Counted from the first letter of the stretch, positions 9,556 through 20,811 are shown. The stretch is 64,000 bases of DNA from Dehalococcoidia bacterium (GCA_965217625.1 OZ244557.1:1601422-1665421), one strand, 5' to 3'. Numbers and translations are program-made. The notes: generated by a model not told the origin, from the sequence alone.

Positions 9556-9596
9556 CCGGCGCGGACGCAGCGGCTATCCTCGTTCGGGAGGACGAT

Positions 9597-10535
9597 ATGC
9601 CCCACATCCAAACCGCGCTTGGTCCCATCGACGCCGCCGATCTGGGCTTCACGCTGAGTCACGAACACGCCGGGATGCGTGTGCCGCTGACGCGGCACTA
9701 CTACCCCTGGCTCGACGCCCTTGAGTTGCAGCGGGAGGGATCGATCCGGGAGTTGCGGGAAGCGAAGGCGGGCGGCGTCGACGCGATCATCGAACTGTCG
9801 ACGCCCGACCTCGGCCGCGATGCGGCGCTGCTGGCGGAGATATCGCGAGCGTCGGGCGTGCACATGGTCGTCGCGACGGGGCTGTGGCGGGATCTGCCCA
9901 CCGCCCTGGACGGCATGGACCCGGACGAGATCGCGGACATCTTCGTGCGGGAGATCGAGGTGGGCATCGAGGAGACCGGCGTGCGCGCGGGCGTGATCAA
10001 GGTCGCGAACGACGCCGAGGGCGTGACCGCGCGGGGCGAGCGCGTGCTGCGGGCCGCCGGCCGGGCGGCCAAGCGCACGAACGTGCCCATCAGCACCCAC
10101 CACTGGGCGCCGCTGGAGGTGGGTCGTCGGCAGTGGGAGATCTTCGATGACGAGGGCGTGCCGCCGCATCTGGTCTGCATCGGCCACAGCGCCGACTCGA
10201 CGGACGTGGACTACCTGGAGGACCTGCTGAAGACGGGCGTGTACGTGTCGATGGACCGCTACCCGGGCGTCCCCCCGCGGCCCGAATGGCGTGATCGCAA
10301 CCGCACCGTGGAGGCCCTGCTCGACCGGGGCTGGGCGCACCAACTCATGCTGGGCCACGACTACGCGCGCGACTACCGCAAGCCCCCCACGCCCGTCCAG
10401 GAACAGCACTACCTGTTCCTCTCGACGACGGCGCTGCCGGCGATGCTGGCGGACGGCGTCCCCCAGGAGACGATCGACGTGATGATGCGCGAGGTTCCGC
10501 GCCGCTTCCTGTCGGCGGAAACGCCGGCGGGATAG
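9597..10535 (+). CDS. Phosphotriesterase-like lactonase (PHP family amidohydrolase)
   Basis: LGFTLSHEH, GVIKVA (carboxylated Lys position), ISTH, IGHS, LGHD. Confidence 0.9.
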   Translation: MPHIQTALGPIDAADLGFTLSHEHAGMRVPLTRHYYPWLDALELQREGSIRELREAKAGGVDAIIELSTPDLGRDAALLAEISRASGVHMVVATGLWRDLPTALDGMDPDEIADIFVREIEVGIEETGVRAGVIKVANDAEGVTARGERVLRAAGRAAKRTNVPISTHHWAPLEVGRRQWEIFDDEGVPPHLVCIGHSADSTDVDYLEDLLKTGVYVSMDRYPGVPPRPEWRDRNRTVEALLDRGWAHQLMLGHDYARDYRKPPTPVQEQHYLFLSTTALPAMLADGVPQETIDVMMREVPRRFLSAETPAG

Positions 10536-10552
10536 GGCGCGCGCGGCTCGGC

Positions 10553-12277
<1,725 letters not shown>

Positions 12278-12442
12278 GGAACTGCCCTCTCGTCTGATGG
12301 AGCCGATCCCCGGCGGCGGGCGCCGCCGGGAGGTGGGTGCAGGATAGCGCCGCGCGCGTCACCCGTCGCGGGGCGGTAGGCTGCGGGGCGGGCGCGGAAC
12401 GATGCCGGTGGGCCGCGGCCGGCGGAGAGCGGGAGGTGCGGG

Positions 12443-13258
12443 ATGTCCGAACAGCGAGTGACGATCGCGGTGTGCGACGGCGTGGCCGATGTGCGGCTCA
12501 ATCGCCCCGAGAAGATGAACGCGCTGGACCCGGCCATGTTCAGTTCGATCGGGGAGGCGGCCGACGCCGTGGCGGCGGATGCGTCGATCCGCGCGGTCGT
12601 GCTCTCCGGTGAGGGGCGCGCCTTCTGCGCGGGGCTGGACTTCGCGTCGTTCCAGGCGATGGGGGATGCGGGCGAGCGCCGGCCCGCCGCCGAGCGCCTG
12701 CTCTCCCGCGAAGCGGAGTCCCGCGCCAACGCGGCGCAGCGGGTCGCGTGGGCCTGGCACGAAGCGCCGATGCCGGTCATCGCGGCGGTGCACGGCGTCG
12801 CCTTCGGGGGTGGGCTGCAACTCGCCCTCGGCGCCGACGTGCGCTTCGTCGCCCCCGACGCGCGGCTGTCGATCATGGAGGGGCGCTGGGGGCTCGTGCC
12901 GGACATGGCGGGCCCGCAGCTCCTGCGACGGCTGGCGCGGCTCGACATCGTCAAGGAACTCACCTACACGGCACGGATCGTGCAGGGGGCGGAGGCGGTG
13001 GAGCTGGGCCTGGCGACGCACGTCTCGCCGCAGCCCAAGGAGGCCGCGATGGCCCTGGCGCGGGAGATCGCGGGGCAGTCGCCGGACGCGGTGCGGGCGG
13101 CGAAGCGGCTGCTCAATCAGTCGGTGGAGCTGGACGTGGCCGCGGGGCTGGCGCTGGAGGAGTCGACCCAGCGGTCGCTGATCGGCGGCGCCAACCAGTT
13201 GGAGGCCGTGCGGGCCAACCTGGAGAAGCGGCCCCCGGTCTACGCGGACCCGGCCTGA
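12443..13258 (+). CDS. Crotonase/enoyl-CoA hydratase family protein
   Basis: LNRPEKMNAL, AFCAGLD, AFGGGLQLALGAD, WGLVPDM. Confidence 0.93.
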   Translation: MSEQRVTIAVCDGVADVRLNRPEKMNALDPAMFSSIGEAADAVAADASIRAVVLSGEGRAFCAGLDFASFQAMGDAGERRPAAERLLSREAESRANAAQRVAWAWHEAPMPVIAAVHGVAFGGGLQLALGADVRFVAPDARLSIMEGRWGLVPDMAGPQLLRRLARLDIVKELTYTARIVQGAEAVELGLATHVSPQPKEAAMALAREIAGQSPDAVRAAKRLLNQSVELDVAAGLALEESTQRSLIGGANQLEAVRANLEKRPPVYADPA

Positions 13259-13343
13259 CGATCGCGCTGGGGCGCCCGGGGCTGCGCATCGAGCCGGGGG
13301 GCGGGCCTGCCAGGACCCGGGATGCCGGCGACCGCCCGGCCGC

Positions 13344-13460
13344 TTAGCCCTGGCGCTGCTTGTTGCGCGGGTTCTTCTTGTTGATCACGTACAAGCGCCC
13401 CTTGCGACGGACGATCTGGTCGTCCTGCGAGCGCTTCTTGACCGAGGCTTGCACCTTCAT
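13344..13460 (-). CDS. rpmJ: 50S ribosomal protein L36, zinc-independent (C-) type; not in the ORF track
   Basis: Hand translation [38 protein letters not shown] (38 aa). GGAGG RBS and TGTGGTAGGGT extended -10 upstream. Confidence 0.95.
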   Translation of the reverse strand: MKVQASVKKRSQDDQIVRRKGRLYVINKKNPRNKQRQG

Positions 13461-13529
13461 CGCGGCCCTCCGGCTGGCTGCAAACCCTACCACAGCCCCG
13501 CCGTCGCTTCTGTCCACCCCGGCCGCCGT

Positions 13530-14525
13530 CTAGCGCAGCAGCGACTCCAGGTACGCGCCGACTGTCGCCGTGTCGCCCGGGGGCAGTTGCACCATCTGCA
13601 ACTCCGCGCCCAGGGTGGCGCGCTCCTGCAGCTGCTCGCGCACCGACTCGATGGGTCCGATGACCTGGATCTCGCGCACCATCGCGTCCGTGATCGCGGC
13701 GATCGAGCCGGCCTTGTCGCGCTGCGCCCAGGCGTCGCGGGAGGCCTTGACCTCGGCCGCGAAGCCCTCCCGCGCGAGCATCTGCCAGTAGAACGTGCCC
13801 ATCCGGTTGACGTAGAAGTGCAGCGGCGCGCGGGCCGCCTGCCACTGGACATCGTCGTTGCGGCCGTCCGTCACGTACACGTTCGTGGACGGCGCGATGG
13901 TGACGCAGCCGGCCTCGCGGCCGGCCCCGGTCGCGGCGTCGTCCAGCCGCTCACGCAGGCGGGCGAACTGCCCCTTGGGCCAGTGGATGGGGTAGATGCC
14001 GTCGGCGATCTCGCCCGTCTGCACGATCGACTTCGGCGTGATCGCGGCGATGTAGACGGGGATCTTGCTGCGCGGCCGCGGGTAGTCGAGCCGGAAGCCG
14101 CCCGCCAGCTTGAAGATCTCGCCTTCGTAGTGCAGCGCCTCGCCGGCGATCAGCAGGTTGAAGATCTCCGTGTACTCCCGCAGCCGCTGCAGCGGCCGCT
14201 CGAAGGGGACGCCGTGGAAGTGCTCGATGACCTGCGCGCCGGAGGAGCCCAGGCCCATGACCATGCGCCCGCCCGAGATCTGGTCGAGCAGGGCGATCTC
14301 CTGCGCCGTCACCGCCGGAGAGCGGGAGAAGCAGTTGAGGATGGTGGGGCCCAGCTTGATCTTCTCGGTGTTGGCCGCCAGGAGCGTCAGCCAGGGCAGC
14401 ACCGACGTGCCCCAGGCCTCGCCGCGGCCGGCCAGCTCATAGCCCAGATCCTCGGCGATGCGGACCTTCGCCACCGAGTCCTGCCAGTCGGCGGAATCCA
14501 GTCCCGCGAGTACGCCCAGACGCAT
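13530..14525 (-). CDS. LLM-class oxidoreductase, probably F420-dependent
   Basis: EAWG, RSPAVTAQ, LDQISGGRMVMGLGSSG...VIEHFHG, GEIADG. Resembles Mer-like F420 LLM subfamilies. Confidence 0.85.
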   Translation of the reverse strand: MRLGVLAGLDSADWQDSVAKVRIAEDLGYELAGRGEAWGTSVLPWLTLLAANTEKIKLGPTILNCFSRSPAVTAQEIALLDQISGGRMVMGLGSSGAQVIEHFHGVPFERPLQRLREYTEIFNLLIAGEALHYEGEIFKLAGGFRLDYPRPRSKIPVYIAAITPKSIVQTGEIADGIYPIHWPKGQFARLRERLDDAATGAGREAGCVTIAPSTNVYVTDGRNDDVQWQAARAPLHFYVNRMGTFYWQMLAREGFAAEVKASRDAWAQRDKAGSIAAITDAMVREIQVIGPIESVREQLQERATLGAELQMVQLPPGDTATVGAYLESLLR

Positions 14526-14602
14526 CGTGACCTCCGCTTCGGTTGTCGACGGCGCTCGGTCGGCACCGTGGCCGCGAGCCTATCACGGGGTCGCCTTCGG
14601 GC

Positions 14603-15655
14603 TCACGCCTTCTCGGCGCGCCACGGGCGCGACAGCGCCCAATCCTTGATCAGATGGTGGGCGATGGCCAGTGGAGGCGGGATGTGCAGGCGGGGCGTGC
14701 CGGCGGCGCGGTCGGCGCCGGGGTCGTCGCCGGGCTCGAACAGGCGGCGCGCCTGCGCACGGCTGAACCAGTACGCCTGACCGATCTCGTCCCCATCGAC
14801 CGTGATGTCGGTGGTCTCGGCGCGCGCGCGGCAGCCCAGCATCAGCGAGCTGGGGAAGGGCCAGGGCTGCGAGTGGTCGTAGCGCACGTCGGTGACGCGG
14901 ACGCCGACCTCCTCCCAGGCCTCGCGACGCACGGCCGCCTCGACCGTCTCGCCCTGATCGATGAACCCGGCGATGCAGGTGAACATCGGCGGCGGCTGGT
15001 CCGCCATCGCACCCGTGGCGGGGGCGCGGGCGGCGAGCAGGCAGCGGTCGCCGCCGTCGTGGATCAGCGTGATCACGACGGGGTCGGTGCGGGGGAAGTG
15101 CTGCACCTCGCAGCGGGTGCAGACGCGCTGCGCGCCGCCCTGGCGCGACGCCGTGGCCGCGCCGCAGGCGGGACAGAAGCCGTGCCGGGCGTGCCAATCG
15201 ACCAGCGACCGCGCTTGGGCGGCGAGGCCGGAGTCGGCCGGGGGCAGGCTGGCCGCGACGCTGCGCAGGTCGCGGTAGGACACGCCCGCCGTGAGACCGA
15301 GGGCCACCGCCGGGTCGTCGAGCGCGCCGACGTCCAGGGCACTGATGTCTTGAGCAAAGTGCGGGACGCCGTCACGCAGCCCCAGCAGCACGGGATCCGG
15401 CATCGGATCGGCCGGGAGCGCCGCGATCGCCGGCGGCAGCAGCCAGAGCAACTCCGGCCCCGCCTCGGACCGCCAGGCGGCGTCGTGGCCGACGGGGAAG
15501 CGCAGGCGCCAGACCGGCAGGATGCGGCGCGCCGGGTCGTCGTACTGGGCCTGCAGCCAAGTGGGATCCTTGCGCTCGTTGGCGACCCGATCGAGTGGGT
15601 TGCCGGCGAACACGTTGTGGTCGGCCGCGGCGGTCGAGAGCGGTGGTCGGGTCAT
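14603..15655 (-). CDS. nudC: NAD(+)/NADH diphosphatase NudC
   Basis: FAGNPLDR, Zn ribbon FCPACG...CTRC, Nudix box GETVEAAVRREAWEEVG, SQPWPFPSSLM. True ATG at 15655 lies inside the longer track ORF. Confidence 0.93.
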   Translation of the reverse strand: MTRPPLSTAAADHNVFAGNPLDRVANERKDPTWLQAQYDDPARRILPVWRLRFPVGHDAAWRSEAGPELLWLLPPAIAALPADPMPDPVLLGLRDGVPHFAQDISALDVGALDDPAVALGLTAGVSYRDLRSVAASLPPADSGLAAQARSLVDWHARHGFCPACGAATASRQGGAQRVCTRCEVQHFPRTDPVVITLIHDGGDRCLLAARAPATGAMADQPPPMFTCIAGFIDQGETVEAAVRREAWEEVGVRVTDVRYDHSQPWPFPSSLMLGCRARAETTDITVDGDEIGQAYWFSRAQARRLFEPGDDPGADRAAGTPRLHIPPPLAIAHHLIKDWALSRPWRAEKA

Positions 15656-15775
15656 AGGGGGCTGAGTGTAGCCGGGCCCGGGATGCCCGGCGTGCGGGAG
15701 CGCGAAGGGGGAGGGCTGGCCTAGACTACGCGCCGATCGCCGGCCGCCCGGGGCGCCCGGAGGAGGAGGGCTGCG

Positions 15776-16978
15776 ATGACGGCGCCATTGGCCGGGATCC
15801 GTGTGGTGGAGGCGGCGAACTGGCTGGCGGCCCCGAGCGCCGCGGCGATGATGCGCGACCTGGGCGCCGACGTGATCAAGGTGGAACCACCCGAGGGCGA
15901 CGCCTGGCGGCACAATGTGCTGGGGCTGGAGATCAAGCACAACTACCCGTTCGAGTTGGACAATCGGGGCAAGCGCTCGATCGCGCTGGCGCTCGACAAG
16001 CCGGGCGCGCCCGCGCTCCTGCGCCGCCTCGTCGCCACGGCGGACATCTTCATCACGAACCTCGTGCAGCCCCGCCGGGAGCGCTTCGGCCTGACCGCGC
16101 CGGAGTTGCGGGCGGCGGACCCGGGGCTCATTTACGTCTCGTTCTCCGGCTATGGAACGTCGGGGCCGGACGCCGGCCGGCCCGGCTTCGACTTCACGGC
16201 CTTTTGGGCCCGCTCCGGCATCTGGGCGCTCATGGGCGACGTCTCCGGTCCCCCGGCGATGCCGCGCGGCGGCCAGGGGGACCATGCGACGGCGCTCAAC
16301 TTGCTGGCCGCCACGCTGGTCGCGCTGCGGCTTCGGGAGCAGACGGGCGAGGGGCAGACCGTGGAGGTGACGCTCCAGCGCACCGGCGTCTGGACGATCG
16401 GCGTGGACGTGTCGCACGCGGTGGTGACGAAGCAGCAGCCCGATCGCTTCGACTATCTCCACGCGCGGAACCCGATCACCAACAACTACGAGACGCGCGA
16501 TGGCCGCTGGCTGATGCTGATGATGCCCGCGGCGGACATGTACTGGGAGCGGTTCTGCCGGCTGATCGGGCGGGAGGAGTGGATCGCCGACCCGCGCTAC
16601 GCCGACACCCTGAGGCGGCGGGAGCACGGTGCGACCCTGACGCCGCAAGTGCGGGAGGTCTTCCTCGGGGCGGACCTGGCGACGTGGGGGGAGCGTCTGG
16701 ACGCGGCGGGGCTGATCTGGGGTCCCGGCGTGGAGTTGCCCGAGGTGCTGGAGGACCCCCAACTGCGCGAGGTGGGGGCCTTCGAGACGATCCACCATCC
16801 CGACCCCGCCGTGGGCGACTTCGAGACGCTGGCGACGCCCTTCAGCGTGGACGGCGCCGATATCGCCGTGCGGGGCCCGGCGCCGGAGATCGGGCAGCAC
16901 ACGCAGGAGGTCCTGGAGGAGCTGGGCGTCGATGTGGAGGAGATCGCGGACCTCGCCGCCGACGGCGTCTTCGGCTGA
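15776..16978 (+). CDS. CaiB/BaiF family III CoA-transferase
   Basis: PLAGIRVVE, LGADVIKVEPPEGD, NRGKRS, catalytic Asp in GQGDH. Confidence 0.93.
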   Translation: MTAPLAGIRVVEAANWLAAPSAAAMMRDLGADVIKVEPPEGDAWRHNVLGLEIKHNYPFELDNRGKRSIALALDKPGAPALLRRLVATADIFITNLVQPRRERFGLTAPELRAADPGLIYVSFSGYGTSGPDAGRPGFDFTAFWARSGIWALMGDVSGPPAMPRGGQGDHATALNLLAATLVALRLREQTGEGQTVEVTLQRTGVWTIGVDVSHAVVTKQQPDRFDYLHARNPITNNYETRDGRWLMLMMPAADMYWERFCRLIGREEWIADPRYADTLRRREHGATLTPQVREVFLGADLATWGERLDAAGLIWGPGVELPEVLEDPQLREVGAFETIHHPDPAVGDFETLATPFSVDGADIAVRGPAPEIGQHTQEVLEELGVDVEEIADLAADGVFG

Positions 16979-17030
16979 TCGGCGTCGTGGCGGGCGTGCG
17001 ATTCCGGCCTGGGATGGACGCCACGGGACT

Positions 17031-17519
17031 TCATCGAGACCGGCGGCTTCTGCCCGTCGGCTTGCGGCCGGCAACCCGCACGTCCCCGGATGATCGAAGC
17101 ACTGGCCGCCCGTTCGCCGAGTAGCTGAGGGTGAAGTACCGCGGGCCGCGCGCATCGCGCACTTGCCGCGCGACTGCCGACAGGCGGTCCGTCAGCATGC
17201 GGTGGAGTTCAAATGCGTCGATGTTGTTCTTGGCCGGATGCTTCAAGCCGCGCACCCAAACCACGGACACGCCGGTCTCTCGCAACACGATCTCGTGTTC
17301 CGAGCGCGCGGCGTGGTCTTTGGTGATCCAGACCATCGACCGATCGGATGCGTGCTGAATCACGTCCGGATCGGGGGCGCCGCGCAGCCCGGCGTCTTCA
17401 GCCGCCACGATCTGGTACCCGACGAGGGCAAGCGCGTGCGCGACCTGCTTGGGCAGGCCCTCGTCCAGCAGGAATGAGACTTCCCTAAGCGGCTCGCTCG
17501 AGCCGGCGCTCCCAGGCAA
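17031..17519 (-). CDS. PIN-like toxin (DUF5615/VapC45-like)
   Basis: FLLDEGLP, GAPDPDV, WITKD. TTG start overlaps the antitoxin 3' end. Confidence 0.82.
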   Translation of the reverse strand: MPGSAGSSEPLREVSFLLDEGLPKQVAHALALVGYQIVAAEDAGLRGAPDPDVIQHASDRSMVWITKDHAARSEHEIVLRETGVSVVWVRGLKHPAKNNIDAFELHRMLTDRLSAVARQVRDARGPRYFTLSYSANGRPVLRSSGDVRVAGRKPTGRSRRSR

Positions 17520-18216
17520 GTGCTGCCTCCACGTCGGCCCTCGTCAGTCCGTAGAGCCTCACCATGTTCCCGGGGGTCTCTCCCGCCTCGCACAGGGAGG
17601 CGATCGTTTCGGCTGGTACCCGCGTGTCTTTGATGCACGGCTCCCCGAACCGAACCTCTGGATCGATAGTGATCCGGGGCTCTGGTCGCCAAAGCGACGC
17701 GGCATCGTCGACGCCGAACTCCATCCGGTGATGCGCGGGCTCGAGGAATTCGCGCAGCAGCGGCAGGGCGACTTGGCCTGCGCGCGTGGCCGCGATGAAT
17801 CGTTCCTGGACCGCAAGGAAGATGTCGGACGAGTGCGTCCACATTGCTTCCGTCACGAACGGCTGCCGATGGCCCGTCAACTCGCGGGCGTATTGCTCGG
17901 CTTCCCTGATTCCTGCGTAGCGAATCCCTCGCGACCGGAGCAGTGCGATCATTCGCAGCCGCACCAAATCCGTGAACGTCACGACCCGGTCACGCTGCGA
18001 AACCCGACGTGGCCCATCCCAGTCCAGGCCATGCCGAATCCAGGCCGCGAGTGCGCTTGTGCTCGCGGCGAAGGTCGTGGGATCCCGCTCCCAGTCTGAG
18101 AGCGGGATCAGCGGATTCGGCGTCGTCGCGCGCAGGAGGACCGCGGCGTCCCGCAGTGGGAATGCACCGGCCCAGCACGTGCCGGGAGACTCGAGAACCG
18201 GGCTGCTGGTCGTCAG
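17485..18216 (-). CDS. DUF433 antitoxin with N-terminal HTH (VapB45-like); probable CTG start
   Basis: TFTDLVRLRMI and IDPEVRFGEPCIKDTRVP. Frame is open to 18249 and encodes GAFPLRDAAVLL (HTH-like). AAGGGGG SD sits 6 nt before the CTG at 18216. Confidence 0.8.
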   Translation of the reverse strand: MTTSSPVLESPGTCWAGAFPLRDAAVLLRATTPNPLIPLSDWERDPTTFAASTSALAAWIRHGLDWDGPRRVSQRDRVVTFTDLVRLRMIALLRSRGIRYAGIREAEQYARELTGHRQPFVTEAMWTHSSDIFLAVQERFIAATRAGQVALPLLREFLEPAHHRMEFGVDDAASLWRPEPRITIDPEVRFGEPCIKDTRVPAETIASLCEAGETPGNMVRLYGLTRADVEAALAWERRLERAA

Positions 18217-18288
18217 TGGAATCCCCCTTTGCCTTGGCGAACGTCCAAGTCAAGCGTAGCCCACGTGCGACCGGCCTGGGAGTGGACG

Positions 18289-19044
18289 CTACCGGTTGAA
18301 GCGCGGCTCCCGCTTCGCGAGGAAGGCGCTGACGGCCTCCTCATGGTCGGGGCCCCGCCGCGCTTCCGCGATCGCCGCCGTCTCGCGCTCGAGGGCCGTG
18401 TCCCAGGGCAGGTGGCGGTGGTCCTGGAGCGCCCGCTCGATCAGCATGGCGACACGCGTCGGCCCGTCGGCGATCTCGGTGGCGAGGGCGATCGCGGCGG
18501 GCAGGAGTTCGTCGGGCGGGTAGAGGCGATTGACGAGGCCCATCGCGAGCGCCTCGTCGGCGCTGACGAAGCGGCCCGTGAGGCACAGTTCGTTGGCCCA
18601 GCCCAGCCCCACGATCGCCGGCAGCAGCGTCGTCGAGGCCCCCTCGGGCACGAGGCCCACGCGCACGAAGCGCATCGACATGCGCGCGCTCGTGGAGGCG
18701 ATGCGCACCGCGCAGGGCAGCGTGACGCTCAGCCCCATGCCGACGGCGAATCCGTTGAAGGCGACGACGATGGGCTTCGTGCGCCGCACCGCCTCGACCC
18801 ACCTCAGCGGGACGGTGTCGTCGTCGCCTTGGGCGAGTTCGGCGAAGTCGGCGCCGGCGCAGAAGGCGCGGCCCTCCCCGGTGAGCACGATGGCGCCGAT
18901 GGCCGGGTCGTCCGTCCAGGCGTCGAGGCAGGCGATCGTCTCCGCGGTCATGGCGGCGTTCCAGGCGTTGAGCTTCTCGGGCCGGTTGAGGGTCAGGATG
19001 CCCACGCGACCCTGGGTGTCGGCGCGGATGGCTTCGTAGTGCAT
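18289..19044 (-). CDS. Enoyl-CoA hydratase/isomerase family protein
   Basis: LNRPEKLNA, AFCAGAD, FVRVGLVPE, FLAKREPRF. Confidence 0.93.
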   Translation of the reverse strand: MHYEAIRADTQGRVGILTLNRPEKLNAWNAAMTAETIACLDAWTDDPAIGAIVLTGEGRAFCAGADFAELAQGDDDTVPLRWVEAVRRTKPIVVAFNGFAVGMGLSVTLPCAVRIASTSARMSMRFVRVGLVPEGASTTLLPAIVGLGWANELCLTGRFVSADEALAMGLVNRLYPPDELLPAAIALATEIADGPTRVAMLIERALQDHRHLPWDTALERETAAIAEARRGPDHEEAVSAFLAKREPRFNR

Positions 19045-19075
19045 GGGGCCTCCGGAAGGCGAGGGTCTCGAGCCG

Positions 19076-20044
19076 CTAGTCCACGTGGATGACGGCCTTG
19101 CCGGGGATCTCGCGGTTCCACAGCGCGTGCGCCGTGGGGACGAAGTCGGACCAGGGCGCCTCGTGCTCGATGGGCGCGACGAGCGTGCCCCGCTGCACGA
19201 GATCGACCAGCCGGGCGAGCCCCTGCGCAGCGGGCCAGCGGTGGAGCTCGTGGAAGAGGATGAAGCCGTACAGGCGCACCCCGCCGATGCCGAAGACCGG
19301 TGAGATGTCGAAGGTCGTCTCTTCGCCGGAGGAGTTGCCGTAGTTCACGCAGATCCCCTCCGGGCCCAGCAGCGTCAGCGCCTGGGCCAGCGGCGTGCCG
19401 CCGATCGACTCCAGGATGACGTCGTAGGGGCCGAAGGCGGGCGCGTCCCGGAGGTCCTCGCCGACGACGACTTCGTGCGCGCCGGCCTCCCGGACGATGG
19501 CTTCGCGCTCCGGGCGGCGCACGGAGGCGACGACGCGCGCGCCGCCCTGCCGGGCCATCTGCACCGCCAGGTGCCCAACGCCCCCGGATGCGCCGTCGAC
19601 GAGGACGTTGCGCCCCAGCAGGTGGCCGCAGATGTCCAGGGCGTAGAGGGCGGTGAGCCCGGCGACCGGCAGCGTGGCGGCCTGCGCGAAGCTGACGTCG
19701 TCGGGCAGGGGAGCGATGGCGTGGGTGGGGACCGCGACCTGCCGCGCCCAGGCGCCGGAGGGCAGGAAGCCGACGACGCGGCTGCCCCGCGGCGGCCCCG
19801 ATCCGCCGGCCGCGGCCTGCGCGACGACGCCGGCCAGGTCCCAGCCCGGGCGATGGCCGTGGCGAGCGCCGGTCAGGGCGCCGCGCACCTCGCCCAGGTT
19901 GAGCGACGTGGCCCGCACGTCGATCAGGGCTTCGCCGGGCGCCGGCTGCGGCGCGGCGACGGCCTGAATGCTGAGTCGTGCGTCCACGCCGGTGTCGACG
20001 ACGATGGCTTCGTTGGCAGTCTGATTGGGATCGGCGCTGGACAT
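19076..20044 (-). CDS. MDR family (quinone oxidoreductase-like, Zn-independent) dehydrogenase
   Basis: PGWDLAGVV, AATLPVAGLTA, GASGGVG nucleotide-binding motif. GGAGG RBS before the ATG at 20044. Confidence 0.88.
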   Translation of the reverse strand: MSSADPNQTANEAIVVDTGVDARLSIQAVAAPQPAPGEALIDVRATSLNLGEVRGALTGARHGHRPGWDLAGVVAQAAAGGSGPPRGSRVVGFLPSGAWARQVAVPTHAIAPLPDDVSFAQAATLPVAGLTALYALDICGHLLGRNVLVDGASGGVGHLAVQMARQGGARVVASVRRPEREAIVREAGAHEVVVGEDLRDAPAFGPYDVILESIGGTPLAQALTLLGPEGICVNYGNSSGEETTFDISPVFGIGGVRLYGFILFHELHRWPAAQGLARLVDLVQRGTLVAPIEHEAPWSDFVPTAHALWNREIPGKAVIHVD

Positions 20045-20245
20045 GGGAAACCTCCGCGAGTGCACTTTGAGCTACAGCTTGATGGCCGCAGGATAGCGAG
20101 CCACGGCGCCCAGATGCGGGCCGCGGCCGCCCGCTGGTTGTCCGGGCGCTTGACGGGCGGCCCCGGAATCCTGAGCATGGGCGCGGCGGGCCGTCGGCCG
20201 AGGGCCCAGCGGACATGACCAGTGGACATGATCGGAGAAGGATTC

Positions 20246-20779
20246 ATGAGTGATGAGATGACCTTGGGAGCCGAACTCGCGGGGTTGACGTCCGACGTGC
20301 TGGAGCAGTCGGCGGCGGCGATTGACGATCTCAGCCTGGAGCAGTTGCACTACCGGGCGGGCGACGATTGCAACTCGATCGCCTTCGACGCGTGGCACGT
20401 CGCGCGCACGGCCGACAACCTGATCCACTTCGCCTTCGCGCGCGAGATGCCCGTCTGGTTGCAGCAGGGGCTGAACGAGGCCTGGAGTCTGCCCAAGGCC
20501 GACCAGGGCACGCTCATGTCGCCCGAGGACGCGCATGCGCTGCGCTTCCCGGAGGCGGACAAGCTGGCCAAGTACTGCCGCGACGTGAAGGACGTCGTCG
20601 TGCCCAAGATCGCCGCCATGAGCGACGAGTACCTGGCCGGCACGATCTTCATCAAGCCGCAGGGCGAGATGCGGCGCGGGCGGATCATCGGGCAGGTGAT
20701 CGTCATGCACGGGTCGGGGCACAACGGGATGATCAACACCCAGCGCACGGTGCTGGGCGTGGGCGGCATCGGCATCTAG
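20246..20779 (+). CDS. DinB superfamily protein
   Basis: NSIAFDAWHVARTAD and C-terminal MHGSGHNG His motif. Confidence 0.8.
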   Translation: MSDEMTLGAELAGLTSDVLEQSAAAIDDLSLEQLHYRAGDDCNSIAFDAWHVARTADNLIHFAFAREMPVWLQQGLNEAWSLPKADQGTLMSPEDAHALRFPEADKLAKYCRDVKDVVVPKIAAMSDEYLAGTIFIKPQGEMRRGRIIGQVIVMHGSGHNGMINTQRTVLGVGGIGI

Positions 20780-20811
20780 CGCCGCCGCACCGTCGCACGA
20801 GCGCGGCCCCG

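Larger units (their letters stand above)
16995..18292. repeat. Imperfect ~30-bp direct repeats bracketing the toxin-antitoxin pair
   Basis: 16995-17024 CGTGCGAttCCGGCCTGGGATGGACGCcAC versus 18264-18292 CGTGCGACCGGCCTGGGAgTGGACGCtAC. Confidence 0.7.

Noticed and set aside
14603-17155. 850-aa ORF suggesting a NudC fusion
   Set aside because: The N-terminal 500 aa is antisense to the CoA-transferase. The real start is the ATG at 15655. The same over-extension affects track ORFs 23388-25517, 35626-37581, 36546-39554 and 38327-40402.
17990-18253. 87-aa ORF suggesting a frameshifted antitoxin
   Set aside because: The antitoxin's own frame is open through this region, so no frameshift is needed.
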